Shown: in pieces, positions 13,910 to 27,747 of the stretch
Layout: the number at the start of each line of letters is the position of its first letter
Numbering within the stretch: the first letter of the stretch is position 1
Assembly (NCBI GenBank): GCA_951406725.2
Contig: OX597821.1
Coordinates: 64,418,001-64,482,000, forward strand
Direction: 5' to 3'
Source of the DNA: Octopus vulgaris
Lineage: Eukaryota
DNA length: 64,000 bases
The notes under the pieces: model-generated
Database searches by the model: none
Seen by the model: the letters and a program-made list of their open reading frames with translations, nothing else
Told to the model about the DNA's origin: nothing
Made by a program: the position numbers and the translations under genes

Positions 13910-14570
13910 TATATATATATATTTATATAAATATGAAATGATTTCTATATTTTCTATCCATATATATGATACTAATGTTTACTGAAATCATTTAGGAAAT
14001 TGTCTATCGAATATTTACTTAAACTTCTTAATATAGAATCTGGATGTCAAATGGTAGTAGACATTAAAACCTCTGAAACACTAATAGACTATCTTCCCCT
14101 ACCCCTCTAACTTCAACATACTAGCTTTTTGCTTAGGGCATTCAAATGTATCTAGGCTAGGTTCCTCAGAATAGGAATAGGTTTATTGGTTTTGACATTT
14201 GTTTCTACCCCTTCCCATATCTATAAATAGAAAAATTCTTTGTCTCCATCCAACCAAAAATAGAAACTCCCTCCCCACTAACTAATCTAAATAACAAAAT
14301 GAAAAATCTACAGTCAGAGAGTAAATTTAATAATATCATGTTGGTAAGAATGAAATCAACCTCTCTGTCTGTATATCGACCCTCTTTATAATGTTGGCAA
14401 ACGAAATAGAGATAAGAATGTGCATTGTCCGTTTAATTGGAAAATTTCTATAAGTGGCTGAAGATTGTTCGACATTTTAAAACTGATCTAATACTTACAG
14501 TGTTTAATAAAATGAAGTAGCATGAAACGATCGTACCACGTTACCGCGGATATACTTATTTTGATTGTGT
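13040..14570 (+). mobile_element. Internally deleted Penelope-like element with inverted pLTR ends and an internal 249-bp tandem duplication
   Basis: 13155-13201 is the inverse of 14524-14567. Duplication at 13379-13599 and 13628-13839. An RDKN..CPFN(G)K-like remnant near 14408-14450 directly precedes a hammerhead. Confidence 0.55.
14454..14539 (+). ncRNA. Type I hammerhead ribozyme with long stem II (canonical C3:G8 core)
   Basis: GTGG-CTGAAGA-[stem II including CATTTTA/TAAAATG]-GAAAC-GATC-GTA-CCAC. Confidence 0.7.
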
Positions 14571-15355
14571 ATATATATATGTTAGTTACAGTCATTTGAC
14601 TGACTCCGGCCATGCAGTGCGATTAACTTCAAGGGTGTTAGTGAAAACAGTCGACCCCAGGACACATTTACATTTAAACCTAATACTTATTCGATTGGTT
14701 TCTTTTGCTGAACCGCTATGTTACGGGGACATAAACACACCACCACAAGTTGTCAAGCGATGGTGAGGAACAAACACAAGCATAATTACACGCAAACAGA
14801 TATGGATTACTAACTGTCTAACCAGAATACTCGACAAGCTAGAGTATCCATGAATTCAGGTAAAGACATGAAATAACGGAATTAAATATACTTTGGAAAT
14901 ATAATCTGTAAGCGGAACTATAAACATTTTCAAGCCATTTCTGTATTTTTACGTGGAACTTTGTATCTGTATTATTTTGTAAATTTCATCAATTTTGCTT
15001 TGTTCCTTTGTTAGGAAGCATTTTTGTTACAGCAATCATATATATATATATGAAGATATTTTTTTTTTTTGAAAATCAGTGGGAAAGAGATTTATTGACA
15101 GCAGAGTTTCGATGTTAAATCTTCTTTATTACACCGGTTGCTTGGTTTGCATACTGAGTGTTAAAGCAATAATCTTCAAATCTTGAGGTTTTCAAGGTCC
15201 CAAACATATAATCTGCAAATTGAATCAGTCAGCGAAACAGAGAGCATACGTTAGAATTGTAGTTTCTTCGATAGAAACTTATGTTATACTATATACAAAA
15301 AAAAGCCTATATAGTCTCGTGCAAACACTGAGACACACAGACACACACGAACATG

Positions 15356-15442
<87 letters not shown>

Positions 15443-15979
15443 ACACACAAATATCATACACTCACAAACAAACACATCATACACATACGTGCGCGTGCGC
15501 ATTCCAATGCACAGCGTACTGTAAGGATAGCAGATCGACAAACCTGTACCGAATCTTTCAGTGCAACCTGCCTTGCTTGCACTATCTATTTATATTCAAC
15601 TCAAATGACCTAGTCAACTTTACATATCAGGAAAGAACAGATCTGTTACATTCGCATCAATAGACTGCATTTTCCATGTGGTTACTATATGCATGAAAAA
15701 CTATAAACACAATAATTTATATGTATGCATAATTATATGGTTACACGCATGTAAGTATATGCTTTTTTTAATATATTATTTCCCTTCTCTTTCTCGCTCT
15801 TTCTCTTTTTGTGTCTCTCATATAAAACACTAATATACATAAATATAAATAGATGCACTCACACACACATACACGTGGATGCAAGCATACATAGATATAA
15901 ATATATATGCATATATATACATATGTATACGTATATATATAAATATATATGCATATATATATATACATATATATATACG

Positions 15980-16011
<32 letters not shown>

Positions 16012-16025
16012 AGCACATATACATT

Positions 16026-16065
<40 letters not shown>

Positions 16066-16110
16066 TATATACATATACATATGCTTATTCAAATATATAT
16101 GCATACAAAC

Positions 16111-16144
<34 letters not shown>

Positions 16145-16797
16145 GTATGAATATCGCTTCTGATGAATGAACAGCTTTATGTGTGTATGTTGTGTGTATG
16201 AGTGTGTGTGTATGTGTGTGTGCGCGTGCATGTGCGCGTGTGTGTGTTAGAGTGTGCATATGTGTGTGTGAACACCTGATTATGCCTTCCATTTCGATGA
16301 AGCACAGATATATGTATTTTATTCAACGAAAAAAGAAAAGTATGAGAAAAAAATATAAAATATTGATCAATGATACATTTCGGTTCAATATTCATGTATA
16401 GGTGCAGGAGGTAGTTGCATCAGATCTTTTTAAAGTGTAGGTGACACCAAGAAGTTGCCTTAAGCATATACATACATAGAGACTAACGTACAGACAGACA
16501 CAGGCATACATATATGTACGTGTGTACATTTATGTATCTACGTATATTTGTATATCTGTTCGTGTTTTTATGCATACGTATTATAAACCAAAATGTGTTT
16601 TTTTTTTCCTTTTTCAGCAAATACTGGTTAAACAGATTTGAACATATATTTCAAAAATCTGATAGAGAGATAAGACATGACGAAAAAAATGCTAAAAATC
16701 TATACAAAGAAGAGAGTCATCGAATGTTCGAATGGAAGTTAAGCATTTTATAATGCGGAGTACTAAAGTCGTTTTACACCGTTTTTTTTTTTTAATA

Positions 16798-17252
16798 CAG
16801 TAATCCCTCGACTATCACGGGGGTTACGTTCCAAAACTCCCCGCAGTAAGTGAAAATCCGTGAAGTAGAAACAGTACTGTACTGTATATATTTAAAAAAT
16901 TATTTCTATCATTTTTATTTATTCCTTTTATTACAAATGCAAAACAACATCACACACTCGCCTCCCGAGTTTCGTTTTCCATGCGATTCTTTGTTTACTC
17001 ATCTACGGTACTGTAAGTATTTTCTTTTAAAATATTTTAATTAAGGTGTTATACAGTGCAGTACTGTATTTTCAGTTATTATTTTATTAATTTCTTTCTT
17101 AGGCATGAAAATGCTTATTTTACCACAGAAATAAAATCTAAAAAAAATATAAACACCTACCGAGAGCAGAAACCCGCGATATACTGAAGAGTCCGCGATA
17201 TAAATTTACATATATTAGCCAGAAAAATCCGCGATATGGCTAGTGATTACTG
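16798..17252. mobile_element. Pogo/Tigger-like MITE (Tc1/mariner superfamily)
   Basis: TA|CAGTAATCCCTCG ... GATTACTG|TA ends with TA duplication; second copy at 52594-52798. Confidence 0.8.
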
Positions 17253-17271
17253 TATATGTAAACTTAAGTGG

Positions 17272-17560
17272 AGCGGTGAGCAGGCTGAATCTTTAGCACG
17301 CGGGACAGAATGCTTAGCGCCATTCGTTCGTCTTTATTTTGTTTGTTGAAATTCCGCCGACGTTGACTTCGCTTTTAATCTTTTCGGGTACAAATAAAAT
17401 AAATAGCAGTTTAGCACTTGGAGCCGATGTAATCGACTTATCCCTCGTCCGAATTTGCTGGCTTTGCCAAAATTTGAAACTAATATATGTAAATTTAATT
17501 AGGGCGGTGAGCTGACAGAATCGTTAGCACGTCGAGCAAAACGCTTGGCGGCATTTTGTT
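17272..17560 (+). mobile_element. SINE family B (Nin/Deu-domain-like), diverged copy plus a second head
   Basis: GCGGTGAGC.GGC.GAATC.TTAGCACG head twice; body resembles 57020-57250. Confidence 0.7.
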
Positions 17561-17917
17561 GGTAAGTAGCTTGCTTACGAACCACATGGATCCGGGCACC
17601 TTGGGCAAGTGTCTTCTACTATAGTATATACTATAGTATATCGCGGGTTTCTGCTCTCAATAGGTATTATAACCATACTATATGTATGTGTGTGTGTGTA
17701 TATGTTTGTGTGTCTGTGTTTGTCCCCCCCCCCAACATCGCTTGACAACCGATGGTGGTGAGTTTACGTCCCCGTAACTTAGCGGTTCGCCAAAAGCAAC
17801 CGATAGACTAAGTACTACGCATCCAAAGAATAAGTCCTGGGGGCGATCTGCTCGACTAAAGGTGGTGCTCCAGCATGGCCACAGTCAAATGACTGAAACA
17901 AGTAAAAGAGTAAAAGA
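17560..17917 (+). mobile_element. SINE family A, rearranged
   Basis: Family A body and tail, with the middle replaced by a short inverted piece of the neighbouring MITE. Confidence 0.8.
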
Positions 17918-18094
17918 GGTCGACTTTGTTGTTCATCCTTTCGGAATCGATAAAATAAGTACCAGCTGAGCATTAGGATCGATGTTATTGACAAAAGGTA
18001 ATTCCCTACAGCTAATTTCCGTGGCAGCGTTGTCGTCTTCTTTAAAGAAACAGATATTCGTATATGCATTCGTCTAGTCATCGTCTAGTCAAAA

Positions 18095-18630
18095 GAATTC
18101 TTGATGATGACTGCACTCGTATCGGAGTGGCTCGGCGTCTCAATCCCCGCGTGTGTAAGTCGCACAATTGCCGTTGTAGAGAAGTAATCAATGAATTCGG
18201 TCTGCATCCATTATCTTGTAGCTGTAGCGCGGACCGGTTCCCCCGACAGGCCGCTCTGAATGATATATAGTTAGAATAAACCTCGACGCGGCTGGATTGC
18301 CGTCACAATTGCCCCGACAGAATTACTCTCATCCCATAGGAAGCAGACAGATCTCTCATATGGGACGTCACGTGCTACGGCACGTTCCAACGTTGCTGCG
18401 CCGCAAACTTAGGTATCACCGCTTGTAACGCAGAGAAAAGGGGGAAAAATGTTTAAAGAGAGGGCTGACCGGCTGCTATTAGTTTGTGCCAGACACCGTT
18501 GGGACTTTGGGTGTTCTCGGGCCCATCACTGCTTATTTCCTCCACAAAATCTGAATAACACCGGCCTTGTCTGAGAAATGAACCTCGTGATGTGGTATAA
18601 CTTCTGTAGCGTGTGTTGCTAGCCATTTTC
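18095..18630 (+). pseudogene. CRE-clade non-LTR retrotransposon 3' fragment (zinc knuckle plus RLE), frameshifted
   Basis: Translates LDDDCTRIGVARRL..VCKSHNCRC..FGLHPLSC..RFPRQAALNDI, then LDAAGLPS, PD.ITLIP, LIWDVTC, TLGVLGPS and NEPR, which is the CRE-type C-terminus. Confidence 0.75.
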
Positions 18631-18852
18631 ATGGCTACGCGTTTAGAATCATGTCCGTTAGGTGCGGCTAAACACGCCATTTGTTATGGGGGTGTACAGC
18701 CCGATATTACCTGCCCCAGCATCTTCTGTTGCAACCCTCCCCCCCATTTTTAATCCATTGTCTCCTTGGTGAGATGGTTATGGCATTTTTCTCGGTAAAT
18801 TGTTCTGTTATACGTTAAATTTTTTGTCTTTCTTTTCTTATTGTAAACATGT

Positions 18853-19268
18853 TACTCTTGTACTCTTTTACTTGTTTCAGTCATTTGACTGCGGCCATGC
18901 TGGAGCACCGCCTTTAGTCGAACAAATCGACCCCAGGACTTATTCTTTGTAAGCCTAGTACTTATTCTCTTTTGCCGAACCGCTGAGTTACGGGGACGTA
19001 AACACACGAGCATCGGTTGTCAAGCGATGTTGGGGGAGGGGACAAACACAGACACACAAACACATACATTCACATACACATACACGTATACACGTATATA
19101 CATATATACGACGTGCTTCTTTCAGTTTCCGTCTACCAAATCCACTCACAAAGCTTCGGTCGGCTCGAGGCTATAGCAGAAGACACTTGTCCAAGATGCC
19201 ACGCAGTGAGACTGAACCCGGAACCATGTGGTTCGCAAGCAAACTACTTACCACACAGCCACACCCGT
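18853..19268 (-). mobile_element. SINE family A
   Basis: Full-length family match. Confidence 0.85.
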
Positions 19269-19699
19269 GGGATTTATTTATGTAACATTCATCAATTAAT
19301 CACTGATAATGATGCATTGAAACAACCGTAATGATTTGTAATGAATTCTCTTTAAATCGAAAAACAAAAGAAGACATATCACGACCTTACTTTCATTTCT
19401 TTGTCTTTCATTATAAATCGCGTACTAATTCATTTCTGATTTAAAACAATCAGCAGTATTAGTGGCACTAGCTATGTTCGGATTACTTGTTCTATCCTTT
19501 AACTGTTCTATGCACCGCACTAATCCATGCAACTTGGCGAAATTTTCTCTTCATTTTCTTCTTTCTTTTCTTTTCCTTTCTCTTTGCTTTTCTTTCTTCC
19601 TTCTTCTCCAATTCATTTCTTCTAATTTTCTCACTCCTCCTGTTCTTCTCTCTGTATTTCTTCTAATAAACAAGTAATGTTCGAAACGCGACGAAACAT

Positions 19700-20169
19700 T
19701 CTCCTAATTTCAGGAGAGACTGATCAGCAGGAAGTGTGACGTTGAATGGGCACCGCATTTATCGGACTTAAACCCCCCCTCCCCAGATTTTTCTCTGTGG
19801 GGGTATCTCAAGGATAGTGTTTACCAGGACAACCCTCACATGATTGGCGAACTGATGGTACCAATCGCAACAGAAATCAGGGAAATACCCGAAGAGGAAT
19901 GTGTTCGAGTAATTGACAATTTTGTGCGACGTATGCAAATGTAGCTCCAACGCCGCGGTGGCCATTTGGAGCATATTTGGAAAAGAAAATGACTTTTAAT
20001 GCAAACGGAATGATCATACACAGACCGAAGTCTAAGCCCAGCAAATTTCTTGAAATTTGCTGGGCCTTTGTAGGATTTCAAGAAATTTACTGGACATTTG
20101 TAGAATTAAATAATTTTTTTATGATTTCTTTTCTGTAGGTTAGAGTGCTTTTCTGTGGGGGTCACTCTG
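19700..20169 (+). mobile_element. Tc1/mariner transposase 3' fragment with right TIR
   Basis: Translates FQERLISRKCDVEWAPHLSDLNPP/DFSLWGYLKDSVY...RRGGHLEHI (WPPxSPDLNPxDFxLWG motif) and ends GGTCACTCTG|TA. Confidence 0.85.
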
Positions 20170-20689
20170 TATATATCACTATTGCCGGATAAACTGTAGG
20201 AAGCATAGCGTATTATGAAGAGAATCAAGAACAAACATGGTCACTTTTAGTGAATTGCTTATCGATTCAGATTCTTGAATCTGACGTTTCCAGTAAATAA
20301 CCAGTATTTGTCTTACTATACAAACGTTTTTAATATTCATACATAGATTCTGTCATGTATTCATTGACCTTACGTCACACCATGTCACCTTCAGTCGGTT
20401 CCTTTCTCGCGTAGTTTATTGGCCAAAATGTTTCTTTCATTTACTTGGAATTCTCTATAGATGTTAGTATTTACATAAAACACTTACACCTTTACATCTA
20501 TCAAGTGTAGTAAAAACTTTTACAAAGATATATACATATATCTACATATTACTATCTAGCCTTGGCTGTGTGACTAACAAGCCTGCTTTGCAACCACGTG
20601 TTTTCGAGTTCCCTCCTTCGGAGCGGCACTTTGACTCTAGTATCTACCACAGTCCTGGGGGCAACAAATTCTTTGGGAGGGAAACCCGG

Positions 20690-20935
20690 TTGTGCTATCT
20701 CATTCCACTTCCGGTCACTTCAACCATGTAACCACACACGTGCTGTTAGTGATATTTTTCCTTCTCTGGACTTTTCCGTTTTCTCTTCTGACGAAGAGCT
20801 ATGTTCAAAACATAAAAGTCTCTCTCTTTTTGCAAAATCTTTTACCGAGCGTTTAACAATTACATCCCACACGCACATCCTCTTATTGCTTTTTTATTGT
20901 TGTTTTTAATGTTCGATTATTCGATTTGACTAATT
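20690..20935 (+). mobile_element. Solo Penelope pLTR with degenerate minimal hammerhead (20784-20818)
   Basis: CTGACGA-AGAGCTATGTTC-AAAAC-ATA-AAAG; homologous to 49300-49510 and 52372-52540. Confidence 0.55.
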
Positions 20936-21286
20936 ACATATAGGTAAGGCACCAGTTAATTCATAGGTTATAAGTATTCCTGGTTGATATAACCTCTAAC
21001 TTAATTCACCTCTCTCTCCCTATATATATATATATATATATAGCTAAACTGGCAAATTATTGGCTAAACTGGCAAAATTACCGTTCCTAAATACAACAAT
21101 ATATATATACATAAATAATAATCAGCCGAAGTTGCGATAATAACCTGGAGCTTGACTGAGGATAGAGGGCTTCGAATGACCCGTCCTTGTGCTTTTTTTT
21201 TTTGTATCGACTATCTGCATGTTTTGTTGTCTCTTTTTGTATCACCTAGCTGTCCGGATGTTTTGCGTTCTTGTCCCATTTTGTAT

Positions 21287-21318
<32 letters not shown>

Positions 21319-21431
21319 AATGTGTATGTCTTTATGTGGTTAGTGTGTGTGTGCGTATCTTGACATGACTAAGATGATTACACAAAATAGTCGTTTGCTT
21401 TATGGAACGAACTAGGTCATTTCAGCGAAGC

Positions 21432-21563
21432 AAAGGAGCACGAATGCGTTATGTAGCTTCACTTAGTTGATGTCTGCACTCTCATGATTCTAACAAATTG
21501 TTAAAATCGTGAAAGTGCAGACAGATCACTAAATATAGCAACATAATTCATTCGTGCCCCTTT
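21432..21563. repeat. Imperfect palindrome (MITE-like hairpin)
   Basis: AAAGG.GCACGAATG..TGTCTGCACT.TCATGATT.TAACAA is mirrored by TTGTTA.AATCGTGA.AGTGCAGACA..CATTCGTGC.CCTTT. Confidence 0.8.
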
Positions 21564-21713
21564 ACATATTAAAGCAATTCAATTACTGTTCAGAACACCC
21601 AAGTGGCCGATCTTTTCACCTTTAAATTCAATAGATTTTGCTATCAGCAATTTAATCGCTCAGTCTGTTGAAGCTGATATTGACATTAGTTCACACAAGA
21701 AGCAAGCATACAT

Positions 21714-21792
<79 letters not shown>

Positions 21793-21799
21793 CTTTTGT

Positions 21800-22260
21800 T
21801 CTTTTATTTTTGCCTGGGTTCCAGTCATTTGACTGCGGCCATGCTGAAGCATCACATTTAGTCGAACAAATCGACCTCTGGACTTATTCTTTGTAAGTCT
21901 AATACTTATTCCATCGTTCTCTTTTGCCGAACTCCCAGATTACGGGGACGTAAAGTCACCAGCATCGGTTATCGAGCGATGCTGGGGGACAAATACACAC
22001 ACACACACACACGCACATATATATATATTCAGGACGGGCTTCTTGCAGTTTCCGTTCACTAAATTCACTCACAAGGCTTTGGTCGACCCAAGGCTATAGT
22101 AGAAGACACTTGCCCAAGGAGCCACACAGTGGGACTGAACCCGGAACCATGTGCTTGGGGAGCAAGGATTCTTACAACACAGCCACGCCTTCACCTCACA
22201 CAGTCACGCCCGTGCCTTACACAGTCAAGCCCGTGCCTTACACAATCACGCCCGCGCCTT
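21800..22260 (-). mobile_element. SINE family A with tandemly repeated 21-bp 5' end
   Basis: Family match; four units of ACACAGTCACGCCCGTGCCTT-like sequence at 22178-22260. Confidence 0.8.
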
Positions 22261-22288
22261 GATATATATATATGTATATATATATATA

Positions 22289-22861
22289 CAGACTTGCAGA
22301 AAGTAAATAGACACCTTTAATTTTCAAAATCTTTTATTTGATATTAATTGCTTGAAGGAGAGATTTTCTTCTAGCTGCTCCTCCATAATACCCAAGCTTA
22401 TGCAAATATTTAACACACGTTCTTGGACTAACTTCTAGCTGTTTTGCAATGTCTGAAGCCTTCGAACGGAGTTCTTTCTCAACAGTTCACTTCAAACAGC
22501 GAAGCTTCCTTTCCTAGGGTCCAGGTCGGCCGGGACGAGGATCTGTTGATTCTTTTCCTTGGCTTTTGAATTGCACTATAATTTTATTAACAGTAGCAAG
22601 AGGAATGTGAATATTTTTGGCAATTTTTCGCTGGCTAAGTCCAGCCTCAGATTGCCCAACAATGCTACCTCTTTGAAAATCTGACAGTTGTGCTGAATTA
22701 TTTGTGTGTGGTATGGTTACTCTTCGCAGATGTTTAATATAATGACACCTGGAATGAAAAAGAATAATTATATTGTAAATTCTACACCACTGAAAACATA
22801 CTAAGACTCTTAGATCAGAATTTTGAAAATTAAAGGTGTCTATTTACTTTCTGCATGTCTG
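22289..22861 (-). mobile_element. Internally deleted Tc1-like DNA transposon
   Basis: About 42-bp TIRs CAGAC(T/A)TGCAGAAAGTAAATAGACACCTTTAATTTTCAAAAT. Minus strand translates [44 protein letters not shown] (paired-like HTH plus GRP), with stops. Confidence 0.85.
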
Positions 22862-22863
22862 TG

Positions 22864-22897
<34 letters not shown>

Positions 22898-22943
22898 TGT
22901 ATGTATGTATGTATGTATGTATGTATGTATGTATGTATGTACG

Positions 22944-22975
<32 letters not shown>

Positions 22976-23452
22976 TGTACATATATGTATGTATGTACAT
23001 ATATGTATGTATGTATGTATATGACGGATATCCACTCGTGCACAACTGTGATCATCACGGACAAATAATCTTATCCAAGATATCAAAGTCATTGGCCGCC
23101 AGAAATGCTTGTGCTGAAATTAACATTTTGTGCAACTTCACTAAGACTATCACTTACTTACAAAGCGAAGCTGGTTAGAAAAAAAGAAACATCAAAATCT
23201 CTGGCTTTGCACTTGGGCAGGTGTTATTTCAAAATTTCTTTCTCCAAGAGAGCTGACTCAACAAAAAGTAGGGGTTTCTGAATTCCCAGCTGTAGGATGG
23301 CTGGATTTGGCACTTAGATGCCTACAGTACCCCACCAATACAGGATACCTTAATGGATGTTGTACCTCACTCTGAACCTCAGCTTATTGTACCTAACCAT
23401 TTCTGGCGTTCCACGTGTTCATGTACCTAAATTCTAAGGAATCCTGTAAATA

Positions 23453-23586
<134 letters not shown>

Positions 23587-23822
23587 ATATGTATATATAC
23601 ATACATATATCTGCATGTATGTGTATATGTTTATATGCATGTGCATGCGTGTGTGTATGGAGATATGCATAGATATAATACACTTGTACACCTACAAATA
23701 CATACATATATTTGTATAAAAACAACATATATGTGTGCGTGTGTGTGTGCGCGCGCATATATATAATATAGTACTGATAAATAGTATAAAATGAAGTCGA
23801 CGGGATAAGACGGAAAGTTGAA

Positions 23823-23859
<37 letters not shown>

Positions 23860-23945
23860 ATAAAGAGTGAATAGGTAAGAAGGTGATATTGGGGCAGATA
23901 GGAGAGGAGGGAGATATAAGTAAAGAGAGTGAAAGAGAAAAAGAG

Positions 23946-23976
<31 letters not shown>

Positions 23977-24237
23977 AGCAAAGATAATATGCAGTGAAAA
24001 ATTATCGTATTAGGGGAAAAAATTAAAGCATATCTTAAATGAAAAGTTATTTGTTAAAAAAACATATTTATACTAACACACATTTATATGTGTGTGTGTA
24101 TATACGCATGTGTGTATCTGCGCATATGTATATGTGTGTGATTTTGTTTATGCATGTAAATATTTATACATGCATAAATATATAAACATATACAAATGCA
24201 TCAAGAAAGGAATAACTACAAACATACGTACATACAT

Positions 24238-24331
<94 letters not shown>

Positions 24332-24335
24332 ATCG

Positions 24336-24397
<62 letters not shown>

Positions 24398-24728
24398 ATA
24401 TATTGAAAATTTAAATAAGCTATCACTATCTTTAGAAAAAATGATAACCTGCCCGGCAACATAACCAAAGACTAAAAATATGTATTAAAAGTCAGGATAC
24501 AAATTGCACCTGTTTGCTAAAAATTGAAATCAATTGATACTGGGATATCTACTCTCCTCTTTGTAGTTTTACAAATGGGGACGACTGTTTCTTTTTTGTT
24601 TTTTTTTTTGTTTTTTAGTTATATCTGCTACATTCTCCATGATGTGTGTTTACATATAGTGAGAGATCTGTGGCTTTGGAGAGATTTAACTCTTCTTTAT
24701 TGCAAACAGGCACCTATTGTAACCTGCC

Positions 24729-24832
<104 letters not shown>

Positions 24833-24842
24833 TGCGTGTGTG

Positions 24843-25078
24843 TGAAGGTACGAGGCGGAGATCGTTGTTTTGATTCCGTGAATAATCGATAAGCTGTGTT
24901 CTTGAGCAAAATACTTCATTTCGCGTTCTTCTAGACCTTCATTCGATCAGGGGAAAATGTTGGCCTTCTCACTTAGCCAGCTTCGCGGTCTCATTTGAAG
25001 GGTAAAACAGTTTGAAACGCATTGTGACCACCGATTTGTAACGAACTGATAGCCTGGTCGGTCACGTGATCACGTGAT
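24843..25078 (+). mobile_element. SINE (family C-like head, tail ending (CACGTGAT)n)
   Basis: TGTGTTCTTGAGCAA..ACTT.ATTTC body; tail shared with 62449-62560. Confidence 0.6.
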
Positions 25079-25116
25079 ATAATAGCTATATCTCTCTCTG
25101 TCTGCCTAGCTATCTT

Positions 25117-25197
<81 letters not shown>

Positions 25198-25688
25198 CAC
25201 AAGCCCATGTTTATGTATACACACACACACACACACGCATATGCATATTTGTAAGTATGTATACATACACAGAAACACACAAACACACATACAGACCGCC
25301 CCATCCACTTCCACAGACCGATGTTTCTTTCAAAAGATCCTGTCCCCTTTACATGAATGTTACAATGCTTTCGAGATTCTATCAAAACTGTGGCTGGCAA
25401 TCGCACTATCGTGCTGGTTTCGAAGTTCTGCAGCTGTCATCATTATGTTTCTTTCTGTACTTGATGTTTTATCATTTTCCACACAGCCGCAAGCAATCTG
25501 CTAACTACATTCCACTGTGTCCCTCCCTTAATATTTGAAGTGGCCACGGATGGGTTGATCTGAGAGATAGCAACTTGACACGATCTTTAAACAGAAAATG
25601 GCGACTTTACACTCGGTTGAACACTAATTTAGAGATATTATCTATGTATGTATGTATGTATGTATGTATGTATGTATGTATGTATCTA

Positions 25689-25759
<71 letters not shown>

Positions 25760-25855
25760 ATCTATCTATCTATATCTCTCTCAATCTACCTATCAATCTA
25801 TCAATCTATCTATCTACCTACCTATTTCTTTTTCTTTCTCTCTTTCTCTCACTCC

Positions 25856-25891
<36 letters not shown>

Positions 25892-26579
25892 GGATTTGGC
25901 TTGCAATATTCTTTGTATGAGGTTCGTTTGTTGAAGCATATTCTGTTGTGTCTGGGGAGTATCATTTTCTTTTTGTGCCTTATAATGTAACACACTCACC
26001 GGTGAAATTTCCACTTATTTCTTATTTTTATTTTCCAAAAATTTTCGTTACGTCTTGCAACCTTTTCAATTGTCTTGACTCTGTCCGTTATTTACACTGC
26101 GTTCCCTTTTGTTTGTTTGTGCGCATGTGTGTGGGTCAGTGTGTGTGTGTGTGACTATACATGCATACATGTACGTATGTATGTGTGTGTTTGCATGTGT
26201 ATGTATGTATATACGTGTGTTTACGCATATGTATATATGTATATATGTGTGTGCATCTGTATGTACGTATCCTGCATATTTATCTGCTTGCATGTCGGTG
26301 TTTGTGTGTCTTCTATGTATGTGTGTGAGCATGTGTTTGTATATGTATGCACATTTGTCTCCTTATGCGTGCATGTCTGTGTGTGTGTTATGCAACTATG
26401 TACCATGTTTGCATGTATGGATGTGCATCTTTATATGTGTGGATCCTTGTTTCCATATGTGCCTGCTCTTTTAACCTATGTACCTATCCGTCTATATGTT
26501 TATCTGTTTATTTTCATATATATATGCTTACATATCTATATGCGGATTTTCAGCTATCGGTGAGTAGTCGAAGGATTAC

Positions 26580-26635
<56 letters not shown>

Positions 26636-26854
26636 AATTATATACGTTTTTATTATCTTTTTGCAATTTACAAGATGGTGTAATTTAATTGTTCATTTTG
26701 AATTGATAAAAGGTGTTTTTTTCTAATGTTTATATATATATATATATATATATAGTGTAAAATTTAATTTACTATTTCTAAATTGAATTTTTCCCTGTAA
26801 GTTAGGATTAATATTCCCTCAAATAATTATTATATATACACATATATATATATT

Positions 26855-27600
26855 CTTTAATTCCTTTACTTGTTTCAGCCATTTGACAGTGGCCATGCTA
26901 GAGCACTGCCTTTAGTCGAATAAATCGACCCTAGCACTTATTCTTTGTAAGCCTAGAACCGCTAAATTACGGGGACGTAATCACACCAATATCAGTTGTC
27001 AAGCGATGGTGGGGAAGACAAACACAGACACACAAATATATATATACATATATACACGTCATATATGTATATACAACGGTCTTCTTTCAGATCCACTCAC
27101 AAGGCCCTAGGTTATTGCAGTAGACACTTGCTGAAGGTGCCACGCAGTGGGACTGGACCCGGAACCATGTGGTTGGTAAGCAAATACTTACCACACAGCC
27201 ATATATATAAACTTGTTTAAGTCATCGGACTTCCGAGAATTGCCTGGGAATGGCTTTGACAGGTTTAGTCCGGCAAAGTGTCCTCAGCAGTCATTTCTAA
27301 AGTTTGATCATCCTTATTCTATCGGTTTCTAGTGCTGAACCACAAGGTTACTGAGACGCAAACAAACCAACAGTAGTTGTCAAACGATGGGAACCGAAAA
27401 ACACAAACATAAACACGCACACGCACACACACACATACATATGCGCACACAAAACATCATTTACAAAGTTTCCATCTACCAAGTTCACAGAGAGAATTGG
27501 TCTGCACCATGCTATAGTAGAAGATACTTTCTCAAAGTACCGCAAAGCGGGATTGAACTTACAAGTACATGATTGCAACGTACACTTCTTAACCCCACCG
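26855..27600 (-). mobile_element. Two successive SINE family A copies (26855-27202 and a diverged one at 27310-27600)
   Basis: Family match. Confidence 0.75.
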
Positions 27601-27747
27601 CCAAATCAACCTCGTCATGTTGTTCTACATTTCTGATAACAAACGGTGGTAGAGCTTCGAAATGTAAGTATACTGAGAACAAAATTCTTGAATGTTTCAA
27701 TGGCAATTTTTGGTTATGTTCTATAACCAGTGGCTAATACTCTAGAT

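Noticed and set aside
22178-22260. CRISPR-like array
   Set aside because: Contiguous tandem units with no spacers, derived from a SINE end in eukaryotic DNA.
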